Positions 30,605 through 40,711 of a DNA stretch of 64,000 bases are shown in pieces. A program made the translations under genes and the position numbers. The stretch is from contig CAWKAR010000063.1 of NCBI GenBank assembly GCA_963847625.1, positions 30,510-94,509 of the forward strand. Reading direction: 5' to 3'. The stretch is from a candidate division FCPU426 bacterium. GTDB lineage: Bacteria > Oederibacteriota > Muellerivitia > Muellerivitales > Muellerivitaceae. The stretch's first letter is position 1; each line of letters begins with the position of its first letter. The notes under the pieces were generated by a model. That model was not told the DNA's origin. It saw only the letters and a list, made by a program, of their open reading frames with translations, and did not search any database.

Positions 30605-33600
30605 ACCTCGCCGAATTATCCGTCAAGAGGCCCGTTTTCGTCGGATGCATCGTTGTGCTCGTCCTGGTGCTGGGCGTGCTCTCCATATTCACCCTCGGCG
30701 TGGACCAGTTTCCGGATATCAACTATCCCGTCATTTCTGTGATCGTGCCCTACCGGGGCGCGGCGCCGGAGGAGCTGGAGTCCCTCGTCGCCAAAAAAAT
30801 CGAGGACGAACTGAGCGCGATCCAGGGTGTCAAGCACCTGACGACCACTTGCGAGGAAAACGTCGCCGTCATCGTGTGCGAATTTACCCTGGAAACGAAC
30901 AACCAGGTGGCCGAGCAAAACGTCCGCGACAAGATGACCTTTATCCGGTCCCAGCTTCCCAAGGACATCGACGAGCCCATCATCCGGCGTTTCGACCCCT
31001 CGGACCAGCCGGTCTACGTCCTCGCCATGGCGGCGGACCTGTCCGAGACCGGGAAATACAATTTCGCCAACGAGGTCATGAAGCCGCGCTTGTCGCAGAT
31101 CGAGGGCGTCGGGTCCATCATGCTGATCGGGGGGACCAAACGGGAAATCCACGTTCTTTTGGATCGCAACCAGTTGAACAGCCACCAGGTCTCGGCCTCC
31201 ATGGTGGCGGTGCGCATCGCCACCAACAGCCAGAACGTGCCGGTGGGGAACGTCGACCGGGGGCCCAAGGAGCTGCTTTTCCGCGCGGTGGGTGAGTACA
31301 ACGACCTGGACCGCATCCGCCGAACGGTCGTCAACTTCGTGGGCTCGGACGTGTCGGTGCCGGTGGGGAAACTGGGGAGGGTCGAGGACGGCTCGGAAGA
31401 ACTCACGAACATGGGGTTTGTCGACGGCCGGGATTGCGTCGTCCTGGTGGTTTTCAAACAGCGGGGCGCCAACACGGTGCAGGTGGTGGACCGCGTGGCG
31501 GCGAAGGTCAAGGCCCTGAACCAGGAGTATAAGGACCTGCCGGGAAAACCGCAGCTTACCGGCATGATGGAGACGGCCTGGATGATCCGCATGATCCTGG
31601 GCAACGTGGAAGAGTCCATTCTCCTGGGAATCCTGCTGACCATCCTGGTGGTGTACGTCTTCCTGGGCAACGTCCGCAACACCCTTATCGTGCTCTCTTC
31701 GCTTCCTGTGTCCCTTTTGGGCGCCTTCGCCTGCATGAAGCTCATGGGGTTCACCATCAACACCCTGACGCTCATGGCGGTGTCCCTGGTCGTGGGGCTC
31801 CTGGTGGACGACGCCATCGTGGTTTTGGAGAACATCTGGCGACACATCGAGGAGGGGGAAAAACCCCGGAAGGCCGCGGTGGCCGGCACCCAGCAGGTGA
31901 CGCTGGCGGTCGTGGCCACCAGCCTGGTGATTATGGCGGTGTTCCTTCCCATCGGGTTCCTGAAGGGGCTGGTGGGACAGTTCTTCAAGGAATTCGGTTT
32001 CACCATCAGTTTCGCCATGGCGGTCTCGCTTTTCGTTTCCCTGACCCTGATTCCCCTGTTGGCGGCCTACATCCACAAGCCGGACCAGGGCCGCGGGAGG
32101 GGCCCGGAAGCCCCGAAGAGGAGCGGTTGGCTCCTGCGCCGCTCCGAGGCTTTCCAAGGGTGGCTGGGCAACAAATACGTTTCCGTCGTGCGGTGGTGCA
32201 TCCGCTTCCGCTGGGCGGTGGTGCTCCTGGCGGTCCTGGTGTTCGCGGGAAGCCTGGGACTGCTGCGCTACATCCCCATCGATTTCATGGGGCGCACGGA
32301 AGTCGGCTATTTCATGGTCAACCTCAAGGCCGCGCCGGACATCAACCTGAAAGCCTTGATGGATTCGGTGAACCGAATGACCGGCATCATCACCCGGCAT
32401 CCGGAGGTGTCCAGCGTGGGAGGGATGGCGGGGGCCATGGAACTCAGGGGGGCCGGGAAGAACACGGCCACTTTATTGGTGCGGCTGGTGCCGCCGGGAA
32501 AAAGGGCCATCCGCACGTCGGATTTCATGACGGTCCTGCGCAAGGAACTGGCGCCCTACCGGGAGTCCCTCCAGCCCCAAGTGCTGGACTTCAACCCGGT
32601 CAACCAGATGTCCCCCTTCAGCATGAACTTGAAGGGCGCGGACTACAAGGACCTGACGGATGCCGCTCCCCCAGTGATGGAGAAACTCAGGGCTGTCCCC
32701 GGCCTGGCCGACCTGACCCTCAACTACGACGGGGGCAAGCCCGAGTTCCACGTCGTTTTCGACCCCAAGAAACTGGAGGCCGCGGGAGTGATGGGCGTGG
32801 AGGCCGGAATGGAATTACGCACCCAGGTGGATGGGGCGGTGCCGGCCAAATTCCGCGAGAACGGGCTGGAATACGACATCCGGGTGAGGCTCCAGGAGGA
32901 CCAGCGCGACCTGCAGAAGGATTACAAGGACATCCTCGTCCCCAACCAGAACCACCGCCTGGTGCACTTGACCACCGTGGCCGACCCCGTCACGACCCTG
33001 GGGCCATCCTCCATCAACCGCTACAACCGCACCCGTTATATCCAGGTCAGCGGCCAACTGGCGGCCGGGGCCTCATTGGGCGACGTCCTGAAGGAAGCCC
33101 GTAAAGTCATGGCTTCCATGACCCTTCCCAAAGGCGTCACGTACGAGTTCGTGGGGCAGGCCGAGGACCTCAATGACATGATCGGGAGCGTCCTTTGGGC
33201 CATGGGCCTGGCCCTGTTCTTCATGTACCTGATCCTGGCCAGCCTGTACGAATCCCCCGTCATCCCCCTCACCATCCTGCTGGCCGTCCCGCTGGCCATC
33301 GTGGGGGCGCTCTCCGCCCTTTGGGTCACCGGAATGCCCATGGACGTCAATTGCATGATCACTTTGATCCTCCTGTTGGGGCTGGTCACGAAGAACTCGA
33401 TCCTGCTGGTGGACTACATTCTCCAGGCCAGGAGAAGGGGCCTTCCGCGCGAGGAAGCCATCGTGGAGGCGGGGCGAATCAGGCTGAGGCCCATCCTCAT
33501 GACGACCCTGGCCCTGGTGGCGGGCATGCTGCCCCTCGTGATGGCCTTCACGGAAGTGGGGCGTTTCCGCCAGCCCACGGGCGTGGCCCAGATCGGCGGG

Positions 33601-33759
33601 CTCTTAAGCTCGCTGTTTCTCACCCTCTTGGTGGTGCCCGCAGCCTACGGATATATCGACGACTTGAGGCTTTGGTTCAGGAAATTGTTCCGCCTTCCCC
33701 CGGAGACGCCGGAAGAAAAGCCGGAGGCCAAAGCGGCCCCGGCGGGGGAGGTTGGATGA
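30601..33759 (+). CDS. RND efflux permease (AcrB/HAE1)
   Basis: LSVKRPV, GLLVDDAIVVLEN, KNSILLVD and RLRPILMTT motifs. Confidence 0.95.
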   Translation: MNLAELSVKRPVFVGCIVVLVLVLGVLSIFTLGVDQFPDINYPVISVIVPYRGAAPEELESLVAKKIEDELSAIQGVKHLTTTCEENVAVIVCEFTLETNNQVAEQNVRDKMTFIRSQLPKDIDEPIIRRFDPSDQPVYVLAMAADLSETGKYNFANEVMKPRLSQIEGVGSIMLIGGTKREIHVLLDRNQLNSHQVSASMVAVRIATNSQNVPVGNVDRGPKELLFRAVGEYNDLDRIRRTVVNFVGSDVSVPVGKLGRVEDGSEELTNMGFVDGRDCVVLVVFKQRGANTVQVVDRVAAKVKALNQEYKDLPGKPQLTGMMETAWMIRMILGNVEESILLGILLTILVVYVFLGNVRNTLIVLSSLPVSLLGAFACMKLMGFTINTLTLMAVSLVVGLLVDDAIVVLENIWRHIEEGEKPRKAAVAGTQQVTLAVVATSLVIMAVFLPIGFLKGLVGQFFKEFGFTISFAMAVSLFVSLTLIPLLAAYIHKPDQGRGRGPEAPKRSGWLLRRSEAFQGWLGNKYVSVVRWCIRFRWAVVLLAVLVFAGSLGLLRYIPIDFMGRTEVGYFMVNLKAAPDINLKALMDSVNRMTGIITRHPEVSSVGGMAGAMELRGAGKNTATLLVRLVPPGKRAIRTSDFMTVLRKELAPYRESLQPQVLDFNPVNQMSPFSMNLKGADYKDLTDAAPPVMEKLRAVPGLADLTLNYDGGKPEFHVVFDPKKLEAAGVMGVEAGMELRTQVDGAVPAKFRENGLEYDIRVRLQEDQRDLQKDYKDILVPNQNHRLVHLTTVADPVTTLGPSSINRYNRTRYIQVSGQLAAGASLGDVLKEARKVMASMTLPKGVTYEFVGQAEDLNDMIGSVLWAMGLALFFMYLILASLYESPVIPLTILLAVPLAIVGALSALWVTGMPMDVNCMITLILLLGLVTKNSILLVDYILQARRRGLPREEAIVEAGRIRLRPILMTTLALVAGMLPLVMAFTEVGRFRQPTGVAQIGGLLSSLFLTLLVVPAAYGYIDDLRLWFRKLFRLPPETPEEKPEAKAAPAGEVG

Positions 33760-34304
33760 ATATCCTCAAGATGGTCCTGGTCCTCCCCGTGGTTCTTTTG
33801 CCGTTGGCCGCCCTGGCGGCGTCTCCGGTGAAGGTTTGGAACCAGGACGATGTCGCCGGACTCTGGTGGTCGCCCGACAAGGACTCGAAAATCGAAATTT
33901 ACCGGAAAGACGGGAAGTATTACGGGAAACTCGCCTGGATGCTTCCCAAGGATGAAGGGAAGATGGATATCAAGAACCACGACCCCAAAAAACGGAACCA
34001 GAAATTACTGGGATCGGACATCTTTTTCGACCTCGAGTTCGACGGAAAGGATACCTGGAAGGACGGGTGTTTATACGATCCCCGGAGCGGTAATTTCTAC
34101 CAGGGATACCTGAAGCTTGAGGGGAAGGATGTTTTGTCCGTGTCCGGATTCATCAATTTCCCGATATTGGGAAGGATCGGAAGCTCGAAAAAATTCAAAA
34201 GGGTTAACCCCGACGATTCCGGGACCAACACACCCACGCCGGCCTTTTCAGGGACCCCAACAGCGGCTCCGGCAAAGGCCGGCACTCCCTCCAAGCCCAA
34301 GTGA
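33756..34304 (+). CDS. DUF2147-domain secreted protein
   Basis: GLW..KIEI..GKYYGK..D.KNHDP..LLG..W.DG.LYDPRSG..Y..L.VSGF pattern; ATGA overlap. Confidence 0.8.
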   Translation: MNILKMVLVLPVVLLPLAALAASPVKVWNQDDVAGLWWSPDKDSKIEIYRKDGKYYGKLAWMLPKDEGKMDIKNHDPKKRNQKLLGSDIFFDLEFDGKDTWKDGCLYDPRSGNFYQGYLKLEGKDVLSVSGFINFPILGRIGSSKKFKRVNPDDSGTNTPTPAFSGTPTAAPAKAGTPSKPK

Positions 34305-34417
34305 GCGGCGAAAGACACTTGCTTAAAGGAGTTTTGCCGTTATGTGCCTGACGCCTTATTTCAGGGAAGAAGACCTAAGGAAGTTCTTGAAACAAACAAG
34401 TGACACCAAACCCTTGG

Positions 34418-34525
34418 ATTCGCAAGATCTAAAAAAAGAAGAGATTGACCCGGGAAAAGTTAAGCAACCAGTCGGGTTTGGCGGCCAATTTCATCGGTTT
34501 CGTGGAACGCGCGAAGAAAATATAA
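34418..34525 (+). pseudogene. Remnant of an XRE HTH gene paralogous to 22912-23136
   Basis: Translates IRKI*KKKRLTREKLSNQSGLAANFIGFVERAKKI*, versus VRKIRKMHGWTQPKLGARAGLAANFIGFVERAERSI. Confidence 0.7.
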
Positions 34526-34600
34526 GACCCGGCAACAAATTCGTTACAAAAATCGAGTTATAATTATACGTATCTATTCTGTCCAGTATCGGTTTCAAAT

Positions 34601-35992
34601 TTGAGGTGTTATGAGAAAATCCCCTTGAAAATCCATCACTTATCCCTTTTGGCGGCTCTCTCTTGGACCCTCCTCTGCCCATCGGGGGCTTGGGCCTGGG
34701 TGAACACGGGTTTTGAGACGGGCGATACCAGCGGGTGGACGACTCAAACAGGGGTGGGAACCACCGTGGTTTCCCAGCCGGCTATTACCGTGATCGGCCC
34801 CGGGGAAGCGACTCTTACGAATGGAACCACTCTCGGCGATCCCATGATTTGTCCCGCGCCCACCACCTGCTTGAACCAGGTTCATTCGGGTAATTACGCG
34901 GCAATGCTTTATTCGGGATACGGGGATGACAACCACGCGGATTGGGCCAGCATCCAGCAAACGGACACGGTGCCCGCCACCCAGACGGTATTGACGGTTT
35001 GGTTCGCGGCGGTCCTCGAAGGTTTCCATTATTTGAGCGAGGATACCACCCCTTCCTCCGACTCCGAAGTGGAGTTCGACGTCCAGGTCAACGGGTCTAC
35101 GGTTTTTTCCCAGCAATATAGCTGGTACGTGGATTACCCCCCGCCCATGGTCACGGCGCCCCTCGCCCCGCCCCTCCCGCTGCCCATTTATCCCGTGACT
35201 TTGTTGTATGACGGCGCCGTGAACTTTTACGCGACCAACAGTGGTACCGTCACCTGGGCGCACCTGCCTTGGACCCAATATGCCTACGATTTCAGCGCCT
35301 ATGTCGGACAGCAAGTCACCATCAAGTACACCGCTTCCGATTGCGTCTTAAGCGGCCATTACTGCTACGGGTATTTGGATGACGTGGCTTGGAACAACTC
35401 CTCAGCGGTGACAAACGTGACCCCCGTTTGCACCCCGACCGCGACCTCGACCCCTTGCGGGTGGCCCGGGGACACCTGCACGGCCACGCCCACCGTCACG
35501 CCCACCCCCACCGACACCGGCACTCCCACCCCGACTTTCACGAACACTTTTACCGGCACCAACACCCCGACGCCGACTTTTACGTCCACCGCTACCCCCA
35601 CCCGCACCTCGACCGGCACGCCCACTTCCACTTCCACCCCGACCGCCACGGACACGCCTTGCGGGTATCCGGGCTACACCTGTACGCCCACGCCGACCCC
35701 TGCCGTCGTCGACATCTTTTACGTTTCCAAGAACGTCTTCGTCCCCTCGAATCCTGTTTCCATATTCGTGGAATACTCCCTCTATCCAGGGTTTTACGAA
35801 TTACGGATTTACAATTCGGCGGGCGAACACATTAAAACGCTCGATTCGCGTTTTCTCGAGGGCCCGGTCAGCCAGTCTTACCTCTGGGACGGGACCAACA
35901 AATATGGCGATTCGTGCGCCAGCGGGGTCTACCTCATCAACCTGGTGGAACCCTTTGGCACGAAAACAAAAAGGGTTCTTTGGGTCAAATAA
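34601..35992 (+). CDS. Secreted protein: beta-sandwich domain + Pro/Thr linker + C-terminal FlgD-Ig/CTD-like domain
   Basis: Signal peptide (AWA), NTGFETGDTSGW, PT tract, [24 protein letters not shown]. The true start is probably ATG 34611 with an A4/A5 indel. Confidence 0.75.
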   Translation: MRCYEKIPLKIHHLSLLAALSWTLLCPSGAWAWVNTGFETGDTSGWTTQTGVGTTVVSQPAITVIGPGEATLTNGTTLGDPMICPAPTTCLNQVHSGNYAAMLYSGYGDDNHADWASIQQTDTVPATQTVLTVWFAAVLEGFHYLSEDTTPSSDSEVEFDVQVNGSTVFSQQYSWYVDYPPPMVTAPLAPPLPLPIYPVTLLYDGAVNFYATNSGTVTWAHLPWTQYAYDFSAYVGQQVTIKYTASDCVLSGHYCYGYLDDVAWNNSSAVTNVTPVCTPTATSTPCGWPGDTCTATPTVTPTPTDTGTPTPTFTNTFTGTNTPTPTFTSTATPTRTSTGTPTSTSTPTATDTPCGYPGYTCTPTPTPAVVDIFYVSKNVFVPSNPVSIFVEYSLYPGFYELRIYNSAGEHIKTLDSRFLEGPVSQSYLWDGTNKYGDSCASGVYLINLVEPFGTKTKRVLWVK

Positions 35993-36118
35993 GGCTTTTG
36001 TGAAATTCCGCTTAAAAGTAAAAAAAGCCCGGCTATAATGAGGCCGAAAAAGAGCCCTGGACCAGGGGCTGGTTCATTCTCAGTGCGTGGCGGAACCTCG
36101 CAAGAAAGGTAAATCAAA

Positions 36119-36721
36119 ATGAAAAAAATAATTTTAGGATACGCCTTTTTGATGGCCGCGATCATGGTGGGGAACTCATTCCTGCCGGGCTGCAGCAGCA
36201 ATAACGGCACCTCGCCGGCGCCCATCACGGTGACCAAACAGGCAACGCCCTGCACCGGGAATTTTGGGTATGCCTATTTCGGGAGCGCCAATGCCGCCTT
36301 TTTTAATTATATCCTCGCGAGTGGAGTCAGCATCGCTTCAGCTTCGCCCGTCACGGCTTATAACCTGGGCATTTATATGTTAAGCACCAGCGTGGCGGGC
36401 CTTATCCGGGGAGCTATTTACGCTGGAACCACTACCGGTCCGACCACCCTGATCGCCCAGTCGGCCCCGCAATCCATCGCCTTTAACACGTGGAATGAAA
36501 TCCCCGTTCCCTCCACTCCCTTAAGCCCGGGCAGCTATTATTGGTTGGCTTTCCAGGCTGAAAATTCCACCGCTTATTGCGAGACGGATTATTTTAATAG
36601 CACGAGTGGGTACAGCTTTATCACGAACAACACGTTTTCTTTCGGCTTATTTCCTTCCGCCATGCCCGCCGGAATCACCAGCAATTTTCCTTCAAATTAT
36701 TACGTCAATACCTGCCCTTAA
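36119..36721 (+). CDS. Lipoprotein with DUF4082-like beta-sandwich
   Basis: Lipobox LPGC; 'AIY..PTTLIAQSAPQ..W..TPLSPGSYYWLA' shared with 51148 and 61519. Confidence 0.65.
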   Translation: MKKIILGYAFLMAAIMVGNSFLPGCSSNNGTSPAPITVTKQATPCTGNFGYAYFGSANAAFFNYILASGVSIASASPVTAYNLGIYMLSTSVAGLIRGAIYAGTTTGPTTLIAQSAPQSIAFNTWNEIPVPSTPLSPGSYYWLAFQAENSTAYCETDYFNSTSGYSFITNNTFSFGLFPSAMPAGITSNFPSNYYVNTCP

Positions 36722-36873
36722 AAGGGCCGGCCTGCCAGGCTGAAATTAAGGCCGACCCAATACGTCAGTGATCGATTCTTTTTACGGCAAAGACGTAAAA
36801 TAAGTCCCTGCAAGTCTGCCGCGTCGATGGAAGAAATGGGCAACCTTTCAGCCTGTTGTATGTGGGGTGTTGA

Positions 36874-38637
36874 ATGATGAAAATATCATTCTTGAATTCC
36901 GGCGTGAACTGGCGGAAAAGCGCTTGGCGCTGCGTGGGGGCGGGCGCTTTTTTGGTCACGGTTCCGGGGTTTTATTTGGGCAAGGTCATGCCCTGGCACG
37001 GGGTCTACAATACCCAATATTGGCTGGCCACCGCCGTCCTGGGTATCGGCTCTCTTTTGGCTCTCGTAAAACTATCGCCGTGGTATTTAATATTTCCCCG
37101 GGCCTCTGAATCCCGCGGGTTCCGGCCATGGGCCCGGTCCTTCCTTTCCTTCCTCTTTTTTCTTGCCGCAGGTTACGTCCTAACGGGATATTTCTGGTGG
37201 TACACGGGGAAAATCGCCCTGGCTTCCGCCAAAAGGGATGTCGCGGCCGCTGGGTACCAACTGGTGATACCGGGAAAAGCGCCCGGGTTGCCGGACGAAA
37301 AAAACGCCGTTTATCTTTTCAACCAAGCTTGGAACGCCCCCTCGATGAGAACGTACGGCCCGGTAAAGCCCATATTCGATACACCACATAAAGGCCGCTT
37401 TGAGGAAAACACCCGAATGTTCGGCAACCTGACTGATCAAACAGACCTTTCCCGCAAACTTTTCTTAGGGAATAAAACGGAATACGCGTTTTTAGTGGCT
37501 TTTAACAGTGACGCGATGGCGGATAACTTGACCGGGATAGAAATAACTTACGCGTATAAGTTGTTGAGGGACCACGAGGATGCCTTTCGATTCATGGACC
37601 GGGCGTTCGAACAGAAAAGTTTCGATTGGGGCATTGATTATAATTTTGACCCCTCATGGGAGTCGTCATTTCCAAATTTAGGTAATCCCATGACACTCGC
37701 CCGCTTACTGCAATGCAGGGCTTTCATGCAGGCAAGGAACGGGGATATCGGGAGGGCGGTCAAGAGCCTCCAAACTGGTTTGTTTTTAGGCGACGTGATG
37801 GGGCAATCTCATTTCTTGGTCGGTGAAATGGTCCACGCGGCCATTGTGAGAATGTTAACCCCCATGGTCCGTGTTCTTCTTCCGAAGTTAGAGGCGAAAG
37901 GCCGTGCGGGCGCGGAATTCCTCTCCTTTTTACAGCCGAAAATGCTGGAACAGGGTTTTTTCATTTCTATGGAAAGCTCTTTATTCTGGTACCACAGGTC
38001 TTTTGAAACCATGGGTTGGTTGAGTTTCGCGATATATTTTAATGATGAAAATACTTATTTTTATTTTGGTAAGAACAAAATTTTAAGTTTCCTTCTTGGT
38101 TTTATTTACAGGCCTTTTTCATTGTTCGATTTGGCCTCCTCGTATGAATACAAAATAAAATTTATGAAAGAAATGGTTTCTAACTCGGGTCATTGGAATC
38201 AAGAATACATAAATTATCAACTCAATGGGTGGCTGTTGGGTTTGAGATCCGTACCAAGAATCTCTCAATTCGGGGAGAAAGTGCGGGAATCCATGACTTA
38301 TTGCGGTAAGGCACAGCTTTCGATCGAAAGCAGGATGTTCCACCAAAAACACAAACACTGGCCGGCCACAGCGGAAGAACTGGAAAAATGGTGCCGGGAT
38401 ATTGGGTATCCCATGGCCGGGGGCAATGGCCCCATTCCGGAGGTTGCGGTCACCGGTTCTTTTGTTATTCGTTCCCAGAGCCCGGCGGGAAACATGATCA
38501 CCCTGGGCCGGAAGGGGGAGGCACCCACGACCAGCGGCTCGGGTTGGCTATACGACAGTAATTTGGGGGCGATTTACGTGAATAGCACCGTGCAGGATTC
38601 TAGGCAGATTGCTTATTCATTCTATGGCTTTGAGTGA
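36874..38637 (+). CDS. Membrane-anchored hypothetical protein with pilin-like C-terminal module
   Basis: Three N-terminal TM segments; 'PDEKNA..LF..AW', 'ARLL..RA', 'WPATAEEL' and terminal 'GWLYDSNLGAIYVNST..DS..YSFY'. Confidence 0.6.
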   Translation: MMKISFLNSGVNWRKSAWRCVGAGAFLVTVPGFYLGKVMPWHGVYNTQYWLATAVLGIGSLLALVKLSPWYLIFPRASESRGFRPWARSFLSFLFFLAAGYVLTGYFWWYTGKIALASAKRDVAAAGYQLVIPGKAPGLPDEKNAVYLFNQAWNAPSMRTYGPVKPIFDTPHKGRFEENTRMFGNLTDQTDLSRKLFLGNKTEYAFLVAFNSDAMADNLTGIEITYAYKLLRDHEDAFRFMDRAFEQKSFDWGIDYNFDPSWESSFPNLGNPMTLARLLQCRAFMQARNGDIGRAVKSLQTGLFLGDVMGQSHFLVGEMVHAAIVRMLTPMVRVLLPKLEAKGRAGAEFLSFLQPKMLEQGFFISMESSLFWYHRSFETMGWLSFAIYFNDENTYFYFGKNKILSFLLGFIYRPFSLFDLASSYEYKIKFMKEMVSNSGHWNQEYINYQLNGWLLGLRSVPRISQFGEKVRESMTYCGKAQLSIESRMFHQKHKHWPATAEELEKWCRDIGYPMAGGNGPIPEVAVTGSFVIRSQSPAGNMITLGRKGEAPTTSGSGWLYDSNLGAIYVNSTVQDSRQIAYSFYGFE

Positions 38638-38886
38638 GAGGCCGGGATAAGGTTTTATCCGCGACGGGGAGCCTGAAAGGCAGCCGATAGTTCTTGGATT
38701 TTTGGCTGATGGTCCAGGGCCAACCCCTTCAAGACTTCCGCATGCCGCTTTTCATCCCACTTTTTCAGGCTCGGATTCTCGCCGGGATAAACTTTTTCCT
38801 TTTTTTGTTGCCATGGGCGGTAACCCGGTGTCATGGGTCGTATTTCCCTGCGGCATGGGGTTTTACCTATAACATTTAAAGGTGTT

Positions 38887-38919
38887 AAAAAAAGCGGGCC
38901 TCAAGGGCCCGCTTTTTTT
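38887..38919. terminator. Bidirectional terminator
   Basis: A7-GCGGGCC-tcaag-GGCCCGC-T7 between convergent genes. Confidence 0.85.
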
Positions 38920-38942
38920 ATCCTATTCTTCTTATTTGATAT

Positions 38943-39368
38943 TTATTTTGTGCCGGGTGTGGCCGAGGCGGCGGCTCCCATCTCCTCTTTCATGGCCTTG
39001 GAGGTTTCGTCCAATTCCTTGTTCATCTTATTGAATTGGTCCACGGTCAATTCCTTTTTGCCGTTGGCTTTGAGGTCGCTTTGTATTTCCTCGCGGAGGG
39101 ACTTGAATTTCGCGTGATCGGCCTTGGCTTGGTCCATAGTCAATTTCTTATCCTTGACTTCTATCATAATCCGCTCGTTTTGCGACTCGATCCTGGTCCG
39201 GATTTTATCGAGAAACGGATGGTTTTCTTTCACCCTGGCCTTCATCGGGGCGAATTTCGCTGCGGGAGCGGTGGAAGCCGCGGGAGTGGAATTGTCAGTC
39301 TGGGATAATGTGATACCTGCGGCACCAACAAGCAAAAAAGCGTACGTCAACGACAAGACTTTTTTCAT
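38943..39368 (-). CDS. Small secreted helical protein
   Basis: GGAGG RBS, signal peptide, coiled 'RIESQNERI..KLT..ELT..NKELD'. Confidence 0.75.
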   Translation of the reverse strand: MKKVLSLTYAFLLVGAAGITLSQTDNSTPAASTAPAAKFAPMKARVKENHPFLDKIRTRIESQNERIMIEVKDKKLTMDQAKADHAKFKSLREEIQSDLKANGKKELTVDQFNKMNKELDETSKAMKEEMGAAASATPGTK

Positions 39369-39659
39369 TTACTTATCCTCCATAAAGATTATGAAACTCA
39401 ACTTATATTAGACGCTTGGCCGGGGGTAAAAGTTCTGGCGCTTTGTGTTTGATGGGCTGGGCTCCCCCGGCCCTGGTGGTGATTTCCTCGGACTCACCAA
39501 GGGAAGGGAAATGTAAAAAATAGGGGTCACCTGACGCACCTCAGCGTGAGGCAGGGAATATTTAATACTTTTAATTGGAATTTCCCGAACCTTTTGCGAA
39601 GGATATTGAAAACTCTTCCGGCCGGTTTCCCCCGAAATTTATTCTGCGAAGTTCCATGC

Positions 39660-40214
39660 TTATCCATCTACTACTACACAAAGGGAATAGACCAAAAGAA
39701 GAGGTATAATTTCACCCATGGATTCCCATAGGTGTTTTGCCGGGCAAGAGCCAAGGGAATCACGCTGTTGATAATTCCATCCACTCAAGAACCGAGCATT
39801 ACACACATTGAACGGCAACCACTGGTTATTGGTGAGAGTAAATGTATAGATGGCTTTGGAACCTTGGGGCAGGGGAAAGCCAGGCCCATAGATAGAGGAA
39901 ACAACAATCTGGCCTAAACCGATGGGGGTGATGGTCGGTGTATAAGTGATGGTGGGTGTGTAATAAACAGGCGTTCCAGTGGTCGTGGGGGACGGCGTGA
40001 ATGTTGGCGAAGCCGTTGGACAGATGATCGCGTGAAGTGACGAAGGGCATGCATAAACCAAGGTAGCAAGGAGTACTGCTGTTTTGAGGAAGGATAACCG
40101 GAAGGGATTTGGATTTAGAAAACTTTTTAAGAATTTGTGAATAGAGCAAACCTGCATATATGATCCTCTAGACATAGCTTTTAAACGGGTTTTCCGGGTG
40201 ACTTTCCCAGCCAA
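39660..40214 (-). pseudogene. Probable truncated secreted Pro/Thr-linker protein
   Basis: Signal-like segment, PT tract and the start of a DUF11-like strand (IYTFTLTN), then degenerates. Confidence 0.4.
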
Positions 40215-40481
40215 AATCCGCCGGGTAACTTAACTAAATTATACCAACCTCCCGCGTTTTCTGCCCGATTTTGACTATCTGTGCCAGATTCGAAGGGTCA
40301 ATCTATCCCAACGAAGCTTCTACAATATATCCGTAGCGATTTATCGAGGGACACTTTTGAGGATGAATTTTGTCTATTCCATGTTTTTCACGTTTTTTTT
40401 CATCCCCTGAAAAACCAACTTAAAAAACGAAATAAGCTAACGAAATAAGCTTTCGAAGGTGGTACATTTCTTGTAGTTTGT

Positions 40482-40609
40482 AACCTCTGAAAAAGTCGGC
40501 TTATCGCCAACTTTTTCAGCAATCATTAAAGGTAACCCCACAATTTCCTGCGGAAATCTTTGGGGTCGAAACCTCTGTTGGCGCATTTTTTTAGTTTTTC
40601 AGAGGGTTC
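40482..40609. mobile_element. MITE-like element with terminal inverted repeats
   Basis: AACCTCTGAAAAA ... TTTTTCAGAGGGTT ends; internal hairpins shared with 1739-1816. Confidence 0.45.
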
Positions 40610-40711
40610 AATTTGTTTATTTAAAATTTACCCAGATGGCAAAAGGTTTTCATGGCGACCACACCCCCCCGATTTTTCCCCTGCCGAACCGCCCTTTATT
40701 AAAGGAGTCCA

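Noticed and set aside
30616..32400. Long antisense ORFs over the RND gene (and 43188-45287 over GH8)
   Set aside because: GC3-rich codon shadows of well-supported sense genes.
40426..40451. 13-bp tandem duplication AACGAAATAAGCT x2
   Set aside because: Only two copies; most likely a simple slippage event.
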